A DNA stretch of 20,388 bases from Deltaproteobacteria bacterium TL4 (GCA_051382335.1 JBBCAX010000293.1:1-20388), one strand, 5' to 3'. Shown: positions 8,130-16,463, counted from the first letter of the stretch. A program made the numbers and translations. Notes: a model not told the origin generated them from the letters alone.

Positions 8130-11045
8130 ATGCAAGACTCTCAAACATCCCAAGGCTCAGGACAGACAACCGATTTGTTTTTGCCTGTTTCGGGCAACAC
8201 ACCTTTTTTGTTAAATAATTATGATGGAGTCTTTATTATTCAATCCGGGGACGTGGATGTTTTTTCAGTAAGGGTTCATAACGGGGAGAGTGAAGGACCC
8301 CGGAACTATTTGTTCAGCCTCAGCGAAGGCGATGCTTTATTTGGAATCAGATCACAGTTATTGGGACAGTATTATGGTATTTTAGTGGTTGGAAAAAGAG
8401 GAACCACGCTTTTACATTTGCAGGAATTTCTTTTACACCAAATGTCCGAAAGTACCGACAACCACTTGAAAATCATTAACTGGGTTGACGGATGGATTAC
8501 CGCTTTATCCGAAAGTGTTGTTCGTGGAATTCCTCCGAAAACTAATATTAAATTTGAATACGATCAGGAAATCCATTTAAAACCTAAAGAAATCCTGTAC
8601 TCTCCTTCGAAAATGTTTTGGATCCGACCTTTGGAAGGGTATTTGTATTTTACCGGACAAGAAGAGTTGCCCCCTATCACTCCGGATCATATCTGCCCTA
8701 TTTGTCCTACGACATGGCTCAAAGCCGGAGATCAGTGCAGTGTGTTTGGTGTCGATACCCAAAGATTGTTGTTTCAAGGGATATTATGGGAAACCATTGA
8801 AGCTTCACATGAACTGATGCTGACCTATATTGTTTCAAATATGGGAAAGTCTATCCAGGATGAAAAAAATCGGTTAAATCAACAAGAACGGAATACCCTT
8901 CATGTTATTGAAGAGACGCTTTCAAACGTCGTTTCCATCCTGAATACGGATTCCAATCAAGCCTTCACGGAAGAATCCTCCGAGGACCCATTTTTTAAAG
9001 CGTGCGAAAGAATAGCTTCGTTTTTGGGTGTTCAGATTGAGGAGCCCCCTTCACACAAGAATAAAACGCTTCCTGATGCCGAAAAATTGTTCAACATTTC
9101 TAAAACTTCCCGTTTCCGGACCCGACGCATCATTCTGCGTGATGACTGGTGGAATACAGATAATGGCCCCCTGTTAGCAAAAATGGAGGAAGATAATCGT
9201 CCTGTCGCCTTAATCCCTGCTGGGGATAAAAGTTATATTCTTTATGATGAAGTCAACAAGGTACAATATCCTGTCAAAGATAAGGTTGCCGCGAAGATCG
9301 TTCCTTTTGCCCATATGTTTTACCGATCCTTTCCGAATGAAGTCCTTGATGTTTGGAAGTTGCTCAAGTTCGGACGTCAAGGCTGCATGGGGGATATCCT
9401 AACCATAGGTGCGGTAGGAACATGTAGCGGTATTCTGGGCATGTTGGTTCCTATTGCCACAGGCTTGATCTTTGATTCCGTTATCCCCGGTGCCCAGAGG
9501 GGACAAATGGTTCAGTTGGCCTTAGCCTTGTTTGCGAGTATTTTTGCCACAGCGCTGTTTGGTTTGACAACCTCGATTGCCATGCTGAGATTAGAAGCCA
9601 AAATGGGAAATCCAATGCAGGCGGCTGTATGGGATCGGCTTTTGAATTTACCGACTTCCTTCTTTAGAAAGTTTTCCGTTGGAGATTTGAGCCAGAGAAG
9701 TAATGGGATCACGGCCATACAAAACACCTTGACGGGTGCGGCTTTAGCTTCGATTATGGGAAGCTTCTTTTCTTTGTTCAGTTTTGGACTACTTTTTTAC
9801 TACGATGTGACGCTGGCCTTAGTGGCCCTGCTACTGGTTACGGTGATGTTGAGTTCCACGTTGCTCATTGGAATTTATCAAGTGAAGTATCAACGAGTTT
9901 TGCTGAACTTAAGTGGAAAAATCGCGGGGATGGTGTTGCAGTATGTGACGAGCATTGCCAAGTTGCGTGTTGCCGGAGCCGAAAATTTCGCCTTTGCCAC
10001 CTGGTCCAAGGAATATATGAAGCAAAAGAAAATTGCTTTTAATGTCGGTCATGTTTCTAATGCCTTTTCTATTTTCAATGGAACGTTCCCCATTATTTCT
10101 TCAATGACTATTTTTTCCATGATGAGTCTGACTGTAGAGAACACCATCAGTACTGGAGAATTTCTCGCGTATAATGCGGCGTTTGGCAATTTTCAATCCG
10201 CAATGTTGAGCATGGCCAGTTCCGTAATAGCCGTCATCCGAATCATTCCGCTTTATGAAAGAGCCAAGCCCATTTTAGATACCTTGCCTGAAGTGAGTGC
10301 TGATAAATCCTCTCCTGGAGTGCTTTCAGGAGAAATCGAAGTCAGTCATGTTTCGTTCAGATATAATCCCACGGGACCGTTTACACTAAGGGATATTTCG
10401 TTGCAGATTAAACCGGGCGAATTTATAGCGTTTGTCGGTCCTTCAGGCTCAGGTAAATCAACCCTGTTGAGGATTTTACTGGGCTTTGAAACCGCTGAAT
10501 CCGGTTCGGTTTACTATGATGATCACGATATAGCGACGATTGACCTTCAAGCTTTACGACGTCAATTAGGGGTTGTTTTGCAAGAAGGAAAACTCATGCA
10601 AGGTGATATTTTCAGCAATATTGCTGGTGCCTCAGGTGCAACCTTGGAAAATGCCATGGAAGCCGCGAGAATGGCAGGTTTTGATTCGGATATCAAAGAC
10701 ATGCCGATGGGGATTCATACCATTGTCAGTGAAGGCGGAACAACCCTTTCAGGAGGACAGCGGCAACGGTTACTCATTGCGCGGGGATTGGTTCACAAAC
10801 CTAAAATCTTATACTTTGACGAAGCCACCAGCGCACTGGATAATCAAACTCAAAAGTTGGTGACTAGTAACCTGGAAAAACTTGAGGTTACCCGCGTTGT
10901 CATCGCACATCGGTTAAGTACCATCATCAATGCGGATCGTATTTATGTGTTTACTGCGGGAAGAGTGGTTCAAGTGGGAACCTATCAGGAGTTGTTAGAG
11001 GAAGAAGGAGTTTTTTCAGAGTTGGTAAAACGACAAATGTTATAA
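8130..11045 (+). CDS. NHLM bacteriocin system ABC transporter, second ATP-binding subunit (long N-terminal extension, no peptidase Cys motif)
   Basis: LRDDWWNTDNGPLL, QAAVWDRLLNLP, Walker A GPSGSGKS, LSGGQRQ, FDEATSALDN. The N-terminal ~270 aa look cNMP-binding/cupin-like. ATG at 8130 is preferred over TTG at 8115. Confidence 0.94.
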   Translation: MQDSQTSQGSGQTTDLFLPVSGNTPFLLNNYDGVFIIQSGDVDVFSVRVHNGESEGPRNYLFSLSEGDALFGIRSQLLGQYYGILVVGKRGTTLLHLQEFLLHQMSESTDNHLKIINWVDGWITALSESVVRGIPPKTNIKFEYDQEIHLKPKEILYSPSKMFWIRPLEGYLYFTGQEELPPITPDHICPICPTTWLKAGDQCSVFGVDTQRLLFQGILWETIEASHELMLTYIVSNMGKSIQDEKNRLNQQERNTLHVIEETLSNVVSILNTDSNQAFTEESSEDPFFKACERIASFLGVQIEEPPSHKNKTLPDAEKLFNISKTSRFRTRRIILRDDWWNTDNGPLLAKMEEDNRPVALIPAGDKSYILYDEVNKVQYPVKDKVAAKIVPFAHMFYRSFPNEVLDVWKLLKFGRQGCMGDILTIGAVGTCSGILGMLVPIATGLIFDSVIPGAQRGQMVQLALALFASIFATALFGLTTSIAMLRLEAKMGNPMQAAVWDRLLNLPTSFFRKFSVGDLSQRSNGITAIQNTLTGAALASIMGSFFSLFSFGLLFYYDVTLALVALLLVTVMLSSTLLIGIYQVKYQRVLLNLSGKIAGMVLQYVTSIAKLRVAGAENFAFATWSKEYMKQKKIAFNVGHVSNAFSIFNGTFPIISSMTIFSMMSLTVENTISTGEFLAYNAAFGNFQSAMLSMASSVIAVIRIIPLYERAKPILDTLPEVSADKSSPGVLSGEIEVSHVSFRYNPTGPFTLRDISLQIKPGEFIAFVGPSGSGKSTLLRILLGFETAESGSVYYDDHDIATIDLQALRRQLGVVLQEGKLMQGDIFSNIAGASGATLENAMEAARMAGFDSDIKDMPMGIHTIVSEGGTTLSGGQRQRLLIARGLVHKPKILYFDEATSALDNQTQKLVTSNLEKLEVTRVVIAHRLSTIINADRIYVFTAGRVVQVGTYQELLEEEGVFSELVKRQML

Positions 11046-11064
11046 ACTGAAATTAAGGATTATT

Positions 11065-12216
11065 ATGCGAATACTGCAGGGGTTAGGGATCATCGTGTTC
11101 CTTCTGTCAATCATATCGTGTGACTTGTTTCAACAAGCCTACCGGGGTGCTGATTCTGAGGAAATTGTCATTGGTGTGGCAGGTCCCTGGTTGGAACTTG
11201 CGCAAAAAAATAGTCACTTGCTCGATGGCATCACCATGGCGGTTGATGAAATTAACGCAGAGGGTGGTATTTTGAATAAACAAATCCGGATGGTGCGTAA
11301 AGATGATAAGCAGTCTGTTGATTTGGGCCGTTTGATTGCGAAAGATTTTGCGGATGATCCCTCTATGATTGCGGTAATTGGACATGTTGACTCATACGTC
11401 ACACGTGCGACCTCGGCGACTTACGAATTTTCAGGCATGTTGATGCTTTCACCCACGTCTACAGACCCTGTTATTTCGGAGCAGGAATTCAAGTATATTT
11501 TCCGTAATATCCCAACTGATGAAGAGATCGGAGTACAAATTGCTGAGTTTGCGAAGACTCAGGGGCATAAACGGATGCTGATTTATTATGTTAAGACGGA
11601 ATATGGACGCAAAATGGCAAATACCTTTGAGAAAAGGGCGGAAGAACTGGATATTTTCATTGTGGACCGGCTTTCTTACACGGATGTGACGGAGCGTAAC
11701 TTTAGAAGAGTCTTAAACGGTTGGAAAGATCGGGAGTTTGATGCCATCATGCTCATTGGTTCTTTGCCCCAAGCCGCAGCCTTTGTCAAACAGGTTCGAC
11801 AAATAGGTATCAAAAGTGCCATTATCGGTTCAAACGCCTTGGATGAACAAGAACTCATCGATCTTTCAGGGGAAAATTCGGAAGGTATGATTGTTGCGTC
11901 AACTTTTCATTCTGAGAATCCCCGGCCGTCAGTTAAAGCGTTTAGCGAGGCTTTTTCAAAAAAATATCAAATTCAACCCGATAGTTGGGCCGCACAAGGT
12001 TATGATGCGGTTAAATTACTTGAGGAAGCCATCAAAAAAGCGGAAACTGTTGACCCTGCTGTCGTCAGTGAAACCTTGCGGAACTTAAAGGATTGGTCAG
12101 GGGTTACTGGAAACCACACCTTCACCTCCAGCGGCGATGTCAGCAACAAACCCATTGTATTTAAAATAATTCAAAAAGGGAAATTCACTTTTTTAAAAGA
12201 ATTTATCAATAATTAA
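11065..12216 (+). CDS. Branched-chain amino acid (LivJ/LivK-like, type 1 PBP) substrate-binding protein, probable lipoprotein
   Basis: GITMAVDEINAEGGI, AVIGH, LSPTSTDP, YIFRNIPTD, AAQGYDAV, GVTG..TF...GD. Lipobox-like LLSIISC at the N-terminus. Confidence 0.9.
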   Translation: MRILQGLGIIVFLLSIISCDLFQQAYRGADSEEIVIGVAGPWLELAQKNSHLLDGITMAVDEINAEGGILNKQIRMVRKDDKQSVDLGRLIAKDFADDPSMIAVIGHVDSYVTRATSATYEFSGMLMLSPTSTDPVISEQEFKYIFRNIPTDEEIGVQIAEFAKTQGHKRMLIYYVKTEYGRKMANTFEKRAEELDIFIVDRLSYTDVTERNFRRVLNGWKDREFDAIMLIGSLPQAAAFVKQVRQIGIKSAIIGSNALDEQELIDLSGENSEGMIVASTFHSENPRPSVKAFSEAFSKKYQIQPDSWAAQGYDAVKLLEEAIKKAETVDPAVVSETLRNLKDWSGVTGNHTFTSSGDVSNKPIVFKIIQKGKFTFLKEFINN

Positions 12217-12238
12217 CGACCTGCTTTGAAGGACTTCT

Positions 12239-13312
12239 TTGACGATTAGGAAAGAATTACTAAGCTCTTTAGGGGTCTCTTTGTCTGTCGTTGAAGAACT
12301 CCTGTCTTATAACCGCAATCATTTTAAACATCCGTCGTCCATCACTTCCCGATATGGACTCCCCTTAAATGATGAACTTTTCGTGGAAGCATGGAAAAAC
12401 TATATCCAGGAAAGTAAGGAGGGTTCTGTTTTTGAGGTTCTTCGTCAAAAATTGATTCAATTTCAGTTTCCCATTCAAAAAGGCATCAGTGATTCCATCC
12501 CTTACCAAAAAGCCATAAAAACAGGGATCCTTCCTTCAAATCTTGCAAATCCTCTTCAGTTACGTGATCCTCAGTTGTTGCAATTAGAACTCTATCCCTC
12601 ATTAGCAGGTCATATTCCTCTCATCAGCACTCCCAATAAGGACGATTTTTTTCGAATGGTACAAGCGTTAGCCTTAAAAAATGAACCGCATCCCTTCCCA
12701 AATTCGATCGGTGCCGTGATGATAACAGGTTATAATAATTGGGATCGGTTGAGAACAGCAAAAGCCTCAAGTCCCGATCGTTTCATCCTCTTAACTCAAG
12801 GAAATTACAGCGGAGTCTCTGCCGCAGAAATTGAAATGAATGACAAGGATTGGAAAACGGCGTCCAGAATCATCAGGTTGGAACACGAGTGTACTCACTA
12901 CTTAACAAAACGTCTTTTAACTTCAATGCAAAATAATCCATTTGATGAGTTAATCGCAGACTTCATGGGAATCACCTCCTATGCTCAACGTTATCACTCG
13001 AAGTGGTTTCTGCGCTTTATGGGCCTTGAAGCTTATCCTCAGGTCAGAGCAAACGGGCGCTTACACTTTTATCGGGGTAATTTATCAGAACCCGCTTTTG
13101 AAAGCTTATGCTTTGTGTTAACACAAGCATCAGCGTCGTTGGAAGATATCGCCAACCCTTTATTGAGTACCTCTGAAAATTTCCGTCTTACTCAAGTTCA
13201 AATCATGATAGCCCTCACGTTGTTAACCCTTGAGGAAATAGCCTTTGACGAACAGCGCTCTTTCTTTTGTGCCGCATTTAAAAAAGCCAAACAAAGAGTT
13301 ACATTTCTGTAG
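12239..13312 (+). CDS. DUF7005-like protein with HExxH motif (putative metalloprotein found in NHLP-type RiPP clusters)
   Basis: EELLSYNRNHF, SLAGHIP, GYNNWDR, DRFILLTQGNYS, IRLEHECTHY, SMQNNPFDELIADF, FMGLEAYP..R..GRL..YRG. TTG start with RBS GAAGGA. The family name is from recall. Confidence 0.75.
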   Translation: MTIRKELLSSLGVSLSVVEELLSYNRNHFKHPSSITSRYGLPLNDELFVEAWKNYIQESKEGSVFEVLRQKLIQFQFPIQKGISDSIPYQKAIKTGILPSNLANPLQLRDPQLLQLELYPSLAGHIPLISTPNKDDFFRMVQALALKNEPHPFPNSIGAVMITGYNNWDRLRTAKASSPDRFILLTQGNYSGVSAAEIEMNDKDWKTASRIIRLEHECTHYLTKRLLTSMQNNPFDELIADFMGITSYAQRYHSKWFLRFMGLEAYPQVRANGRLHFYRGNLSEPAFESLCFVLTQASASLEDIANPLLSTSENFRLTQVQIMIALTLLTLEEIAFDEQRSFFCAAFKKAKQRVTFL

Positions 13313-13887
13313 CCGCATGATTTTGTACAGGTTTTAAAAACGGAATTACGCCTTGGTGTGCTTAAGGTTTTTGATCATAGTAATTTGATTGCCTTTTTCG
13401 TTCCATGTCACTTCATTTAATAACCGCCCATTTAATTCAATTGTTTTTTCTCTAGCCCAGGGTTTTAAGGAGTAAATTTTTAAAAATTGGCGAAGGTATT
13501 GTTTACTAACCCATTATTATGGGGAAGTATCTACAATTTGACGTAAAGTTGCAAAGAAATAATATTTAAATGAAAGAGAATACACTTCATTTTTTCTAAA
13601 AAATTGAATATGATCAGGACTTGATGCCCCATTGTTCTAGCTTGTATATCGGTATCCCACCTGAAGGCTGGGCTACATTGAGCGTGATTGAGTTCAAATA
13701 ATAAGACACCATTCAAATTTCAGTTGACTCTTTTTTGTCGTTGCGCAGATAGAAATCCAGCTTGTGATCTCAAGACAAAACATTCCAATATCAGGAACTG
13801 TCGAGCCGCAAACTGTTTTGCCGTTTTCTGAAAGTTGCCTGAAATAGATTTAATTTCTATAGGAAATTTAATTGAGGAAAGTATATT

Positions 13888-14745
13888 ATGGAAAAGAGAA
13901 TTCTGGTTCCTATTGATTATTCAGGAGTGAGCAAAAAAGTCCTTACCTTTGCGGATGAGTGGTGTCAACGAACGGGTGCAACCTTATTCATTTTATATGT
14001 CACGGTCATCCGTTATACGGATTATCCCGAAATCTGGAATAAAAAAGAGCAAAGATTAGAATTTCATCGTGAAGAGTTAAAGGCCTTTGTTGAAGCGCTT
14101 AAACTCAAATCAAACGTCCAACTTTTGAATGATGTGGGGGTTGCTTATGAGCAAATTCTTAGAGCTGAAAAAGAGCATCATATCGACCTGATCATCATGG
14201 CGGCACATTCCCACACCATTTTGGAACGAATGTTTTTGGGGAGTAATACAGATCAAATCTTACACCAGTCTCAATGCCCTGTCTTTGTTTTCAAAGATCC
14301 TGACAGTAAGTTAAAAAATAAAATCATACTCCCGATTGATAATAATGAAGTGGATCAATATGTGATCCAAAAAGCGGATGAGTGGGCCCTAAGAACCCAT
14401 TCCACCTTATATTTTATTCATGTCTATTCCCCTTTTGCCAATCCCTTTGAGCCCTCTATTGCAGAGCACCCTCCTCAATTACTCACACTGGAATTGGATA
14501 TTAAACTCAATGAGTTTATTTTAAGCCAGAATGTTAAATCGCCTTATCGTACCATTATCAAGAAAGGAAAGCCGTATGATCGGATCCTGAAATTACAGAA
14601 GAAACAAAAGGCCAATTTGATCATGATGGCAGCACACTCACATACTCAAATCGAACGGTTTTTGATGGGAAGCAATACGGATTATTTAGCACATCACTCT
14701 TCTTGTCCAATGTATGTCTTCAAAACTCCCAAAATTAAGGAATAA
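13888..14745 (+). CDS. Universal stress protein, two tandem USP domains
   Basis: KRILVPIDYS ... DLIIMAAHSHTILERMFLGSNTDQILHQSQCPVFV, repeated as KIILPID ... NLIMMAAHSHTQIERFLMGSNTDYLAHHSSCPMYV. RBS GAGGA. Confidence 0.95.
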   Translation: MEKRILVPIDYSGVSKKVLTFADEWCQRTGATLFILYVTVIRYTDYPEIWNKKEQRLEFHREELKAFVEALKLKSNVQLLNDVGVAYEQILRAEKEHHIDLIIMAAHSHTILERMFLGSNTDQILHQSQCPVFVFKDPDSKLKNKIILPIDNNEVDQYVIQKADEWALRTHSTLYFIHVYSPFANPFEPSIAEHPPQLLTLELDIKLNEFILSQNVKSPYRTIIKKGKPYDRILKLQKKQKANLIMMAAHSHTQIERFLMGSNTDYLAHHSSCPMYVFKTPKIKE

Positions 14746-14934
14746 ATAGGTTTTGACCTCAGCCTTTGTTTATCGCTCAAGATTCGTGATGGCAAGGGGG
14801 AGTGATGAACGCTCTCCTCCTCTAGAGCGTTTTTTAAACGGAATCGTCATAGTCCTTTTTATTTGATGAATTATTTGCAGAGGTTATAAGTTTTGACAAC
14901 CTGTTGAATTTTATGATGAGCAAAATACAACAAT

Positions 14935-15339
14935 TACTATAGTGTCAATACCTTGTAGTGATTAACTGGGATGGGTTTGACACCACTTGGTTTGGCTCGA
15001 TTGATGGTGGCCTCCAGACCTTGTTCCACCAGTCGCGCTCTCACATTTTCTACGGTACGAATGGTTACTCCCACGGCTTGACTGATTTGTTCATCTTTCC
15101 AACCTGGGCCTCCCTCTCCTATGTCCGATTGCAGAAGAATTTGAGCATGTAAACGTTTATGAGCCGATGCTTTACCCGTACTCACCAGGGATTGCAGCTC
15201 CGCTCGTTCCGCCAGCGATAATCGTACCCTATATTTCTTTGCCATCACAAACCTCGTTTCCATTGGATTTGATAAAAATTCAGAAAATGAAAACGAGGTT
15301 ACCTCAATTACCCGAAAATTGAAAGCTGACTATGTAGTA
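14935..15339 (-). mobile_element. Internally deleted IS630-family element retaining both ends
   Basis: Imperfect terminal inverted repeats beginning with TA: tactatagtgtca (14935-14947) versus minus-strand tactacatagtca (15339-15327), 10/13 identical. They bracket a transposase fragment. Confidence 0.7.
14937..15245 (-). pseudogene. IS630-family transposase, N-terminal HTH part only (DDE domain absent)
   Basis: MAKKYRVRLSLAERAELQSLVSTGKASAHKRLHAQILLQSD...WKDEQISQAVGVTIRTVENVRARLVEQGLEATINR is a typical IS630 N-terminus. Likely start is the ATG at 15245 with a GAGG RBS. Confidence 0.88.
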
Positions 15340-15424
15340 GGATGTGTTAGCGAGCTTGCGAGCGTAACGCATCAGGCAGATGCGGGTTTATTGATGCGTT
15401 ACGCCTACCGGCTAAACATCCTAC
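15337..15424. repeat. Inverted pair of GTAG-type REP sequences (REPIN-like)
   Basis: gtaggatgtgttagcgagcttgcgagcgtaacgcatca (15337-15374) and tgatgcgttacgcctaccggctaaacatcctac (15392-15424). GTAG/CTAC termini and complementary arms. Confidence 0.85.
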
Positions 15425-15454
15425 TTTGAATAGCTGTCCCGGCTTAAGTGAAGT

Positions 15455-15611
15455 AGCCTGCAGGTACTTGTTTTAGCCACGAAGAACATGAATAAAAAAA
15501 GGAATATTCACAGAAAACATCTGTTTTACGGAATCATTACTTCTGTTTAAAACCCATTTTTTAGTGATCTTAGTGTTCTTCGTGGCTAATTTAGAAACTA
15601 CCTGCACAGCT
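15455..15611. repeat. MITE-like palindromic element
   Basis: Perfect 16-bp inverted repeat ttagccacgaagaaca (15473-15488) / tgttcttcgtggctaa (15574-15589), plus an outer 8-bp inverted repeat tgcaggta (15459-15466) / tacctgca (15599-15606). Confidence 0.8.
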
Positions 15612-15619
15612 CGGAATTT

Positions 15620-15982
15620 TTATGAAACTGGACCAATTAAGCTTTCTAAGGGGATATTTAATTCAGCATGAAGGATTCGAATCATACTAAGTGTCAACTC
15701 TCTTTTTCGATTCAATATTTCTGAAACTCTTCCACTAGAACCCATAAATGGCTCTAAATCTTTTTGTCTTAAGCCCAATTGTTCCATACGAAATTTAATG
15801 GCTTCCACTGGGTCAGGAGAAGCGATAGGAGAATGCTTCTTCTCATAAGCTTCAACCAGAGTTACTAAAACATCCAGCTCATCCCCTTCAGGCGTATCTG
15901 CTTCAGCATCCATCAATTTCTCAATTCTTGCTAAGGTCTTATCATAGTCAGCTTCAGTTTTAATCGGTTCTATCGTAATCAT
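15620..15982 (-). CDS. higA: HigA-family antitoxin (XRE HTH)
   Basis: IKTEADY...IEKLMDA...EGDELDVLVTLVEAYE...PDPVEAIKFRMEQLGL..KDL...GS.GRVSEILNRKRELTL.MIR.LH. ATGA overlap with the toxin gene. Confidence 0.95.
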   Translation of the reverse strand: MITIEPIKTEADYDKTLARIEKLMDAEADTPEGDELDVLVTLVEAYEKKHSPIASPDPVEAIKFRMEQLGLRQKDLEPFMGSSGRVSEILNRKRELTLSMIRILHAELNIPLESLIGPVS

Positions 15983-16281
15983 ATTATCTCCACATCAATT
16001 GCATCATACTGCTGATGACTTCCTATAAAGCGGATATAAATCACGCCATACGGATAGTTGATTTTGACCACTAGGCGATACTTATTACCTGCTATGTTAA
16101 AAACTACTCTGTTTGATTTCAGGACACTTGCACTGCGGTATTGTGCCTTAATATCTTGTGGCGATTTCCACACAGATTTAGCTGCCTCCTTGTACCATAT
16201 TTCAAGAGCAGATTTGGCATCCTTGTATTTGGGATCACTTTCCCAAAATTCTATTAACGTTCGTTTTGCGATCACTCTCAT
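15979..16281 (-). CDS. higB: HigB-family toxin (RelE-like mRNA interferase)
   Basis: MRVIAKRTL.EFWE...W.SPQDIKAQY.SAS....RVVFNIAGNKYRLVV.INY....YIRFIGSH..YD.ID. The toxin gene precedes the antitoxin gene. Confidence 0.95.
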   Translation of the reverse strand: MRVIAKRTLIEFWESDPKYKDAKSALEIWYKEAAKSVWKSPQDIKAQYRSASVLKSNRVVFNIAGNKYRLVVKINYPYGVIYIRFIGSHQQYDAIDVEII

Positions 16282-16324
16282 GTAAAACTCTTATCTCGCA
16301 ATGTGTCATTATTCTTAATGAACC

Positions 16325-16353
16325 AATGTAACACCCTCCCATATTGGGAGCAA
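16325..16353 (-). promoter_or_regulatory. Putative sigma70 promoter of higBA with overlapping palindromic operator
   Basis: Minus strand TTGCTC-17 bp-TACATT. The palindrome CTCCCA-tat-TGGGAG (16336-16350) overlaps the -35 box and spacer. Confidence 0.7.
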
Positions 16354-16463
16354 GCTTAACTTTCTCTATTGCAACGTCGAACTGCGGTTGTTAAAGGGGT
16401 ATTATGCTGGTGGGTAATGGTTATTGGAGAACTGGGACATAGAAGAGATGCTGAGAGGCTCCG

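Noticed and set aside
13313..13887. 575-bp intergenic region as an sRNA/riboswitch or small-ORF locus (including the 61-aa minus ORF 13531-13716 and a TGTGA half-site near 13763)
   Set aside because: No recognisable RNA family motif, the ORFs lack credible starts or RBS, and the CRP/FNR-like site is only a half match.
14823..14902. TAGAGCGTTTTT... as a further IS/MITE end, with a weak aggtt/aacct hairpin
   Set aside because: No convincing partner inverted repeat or transposase remnant.
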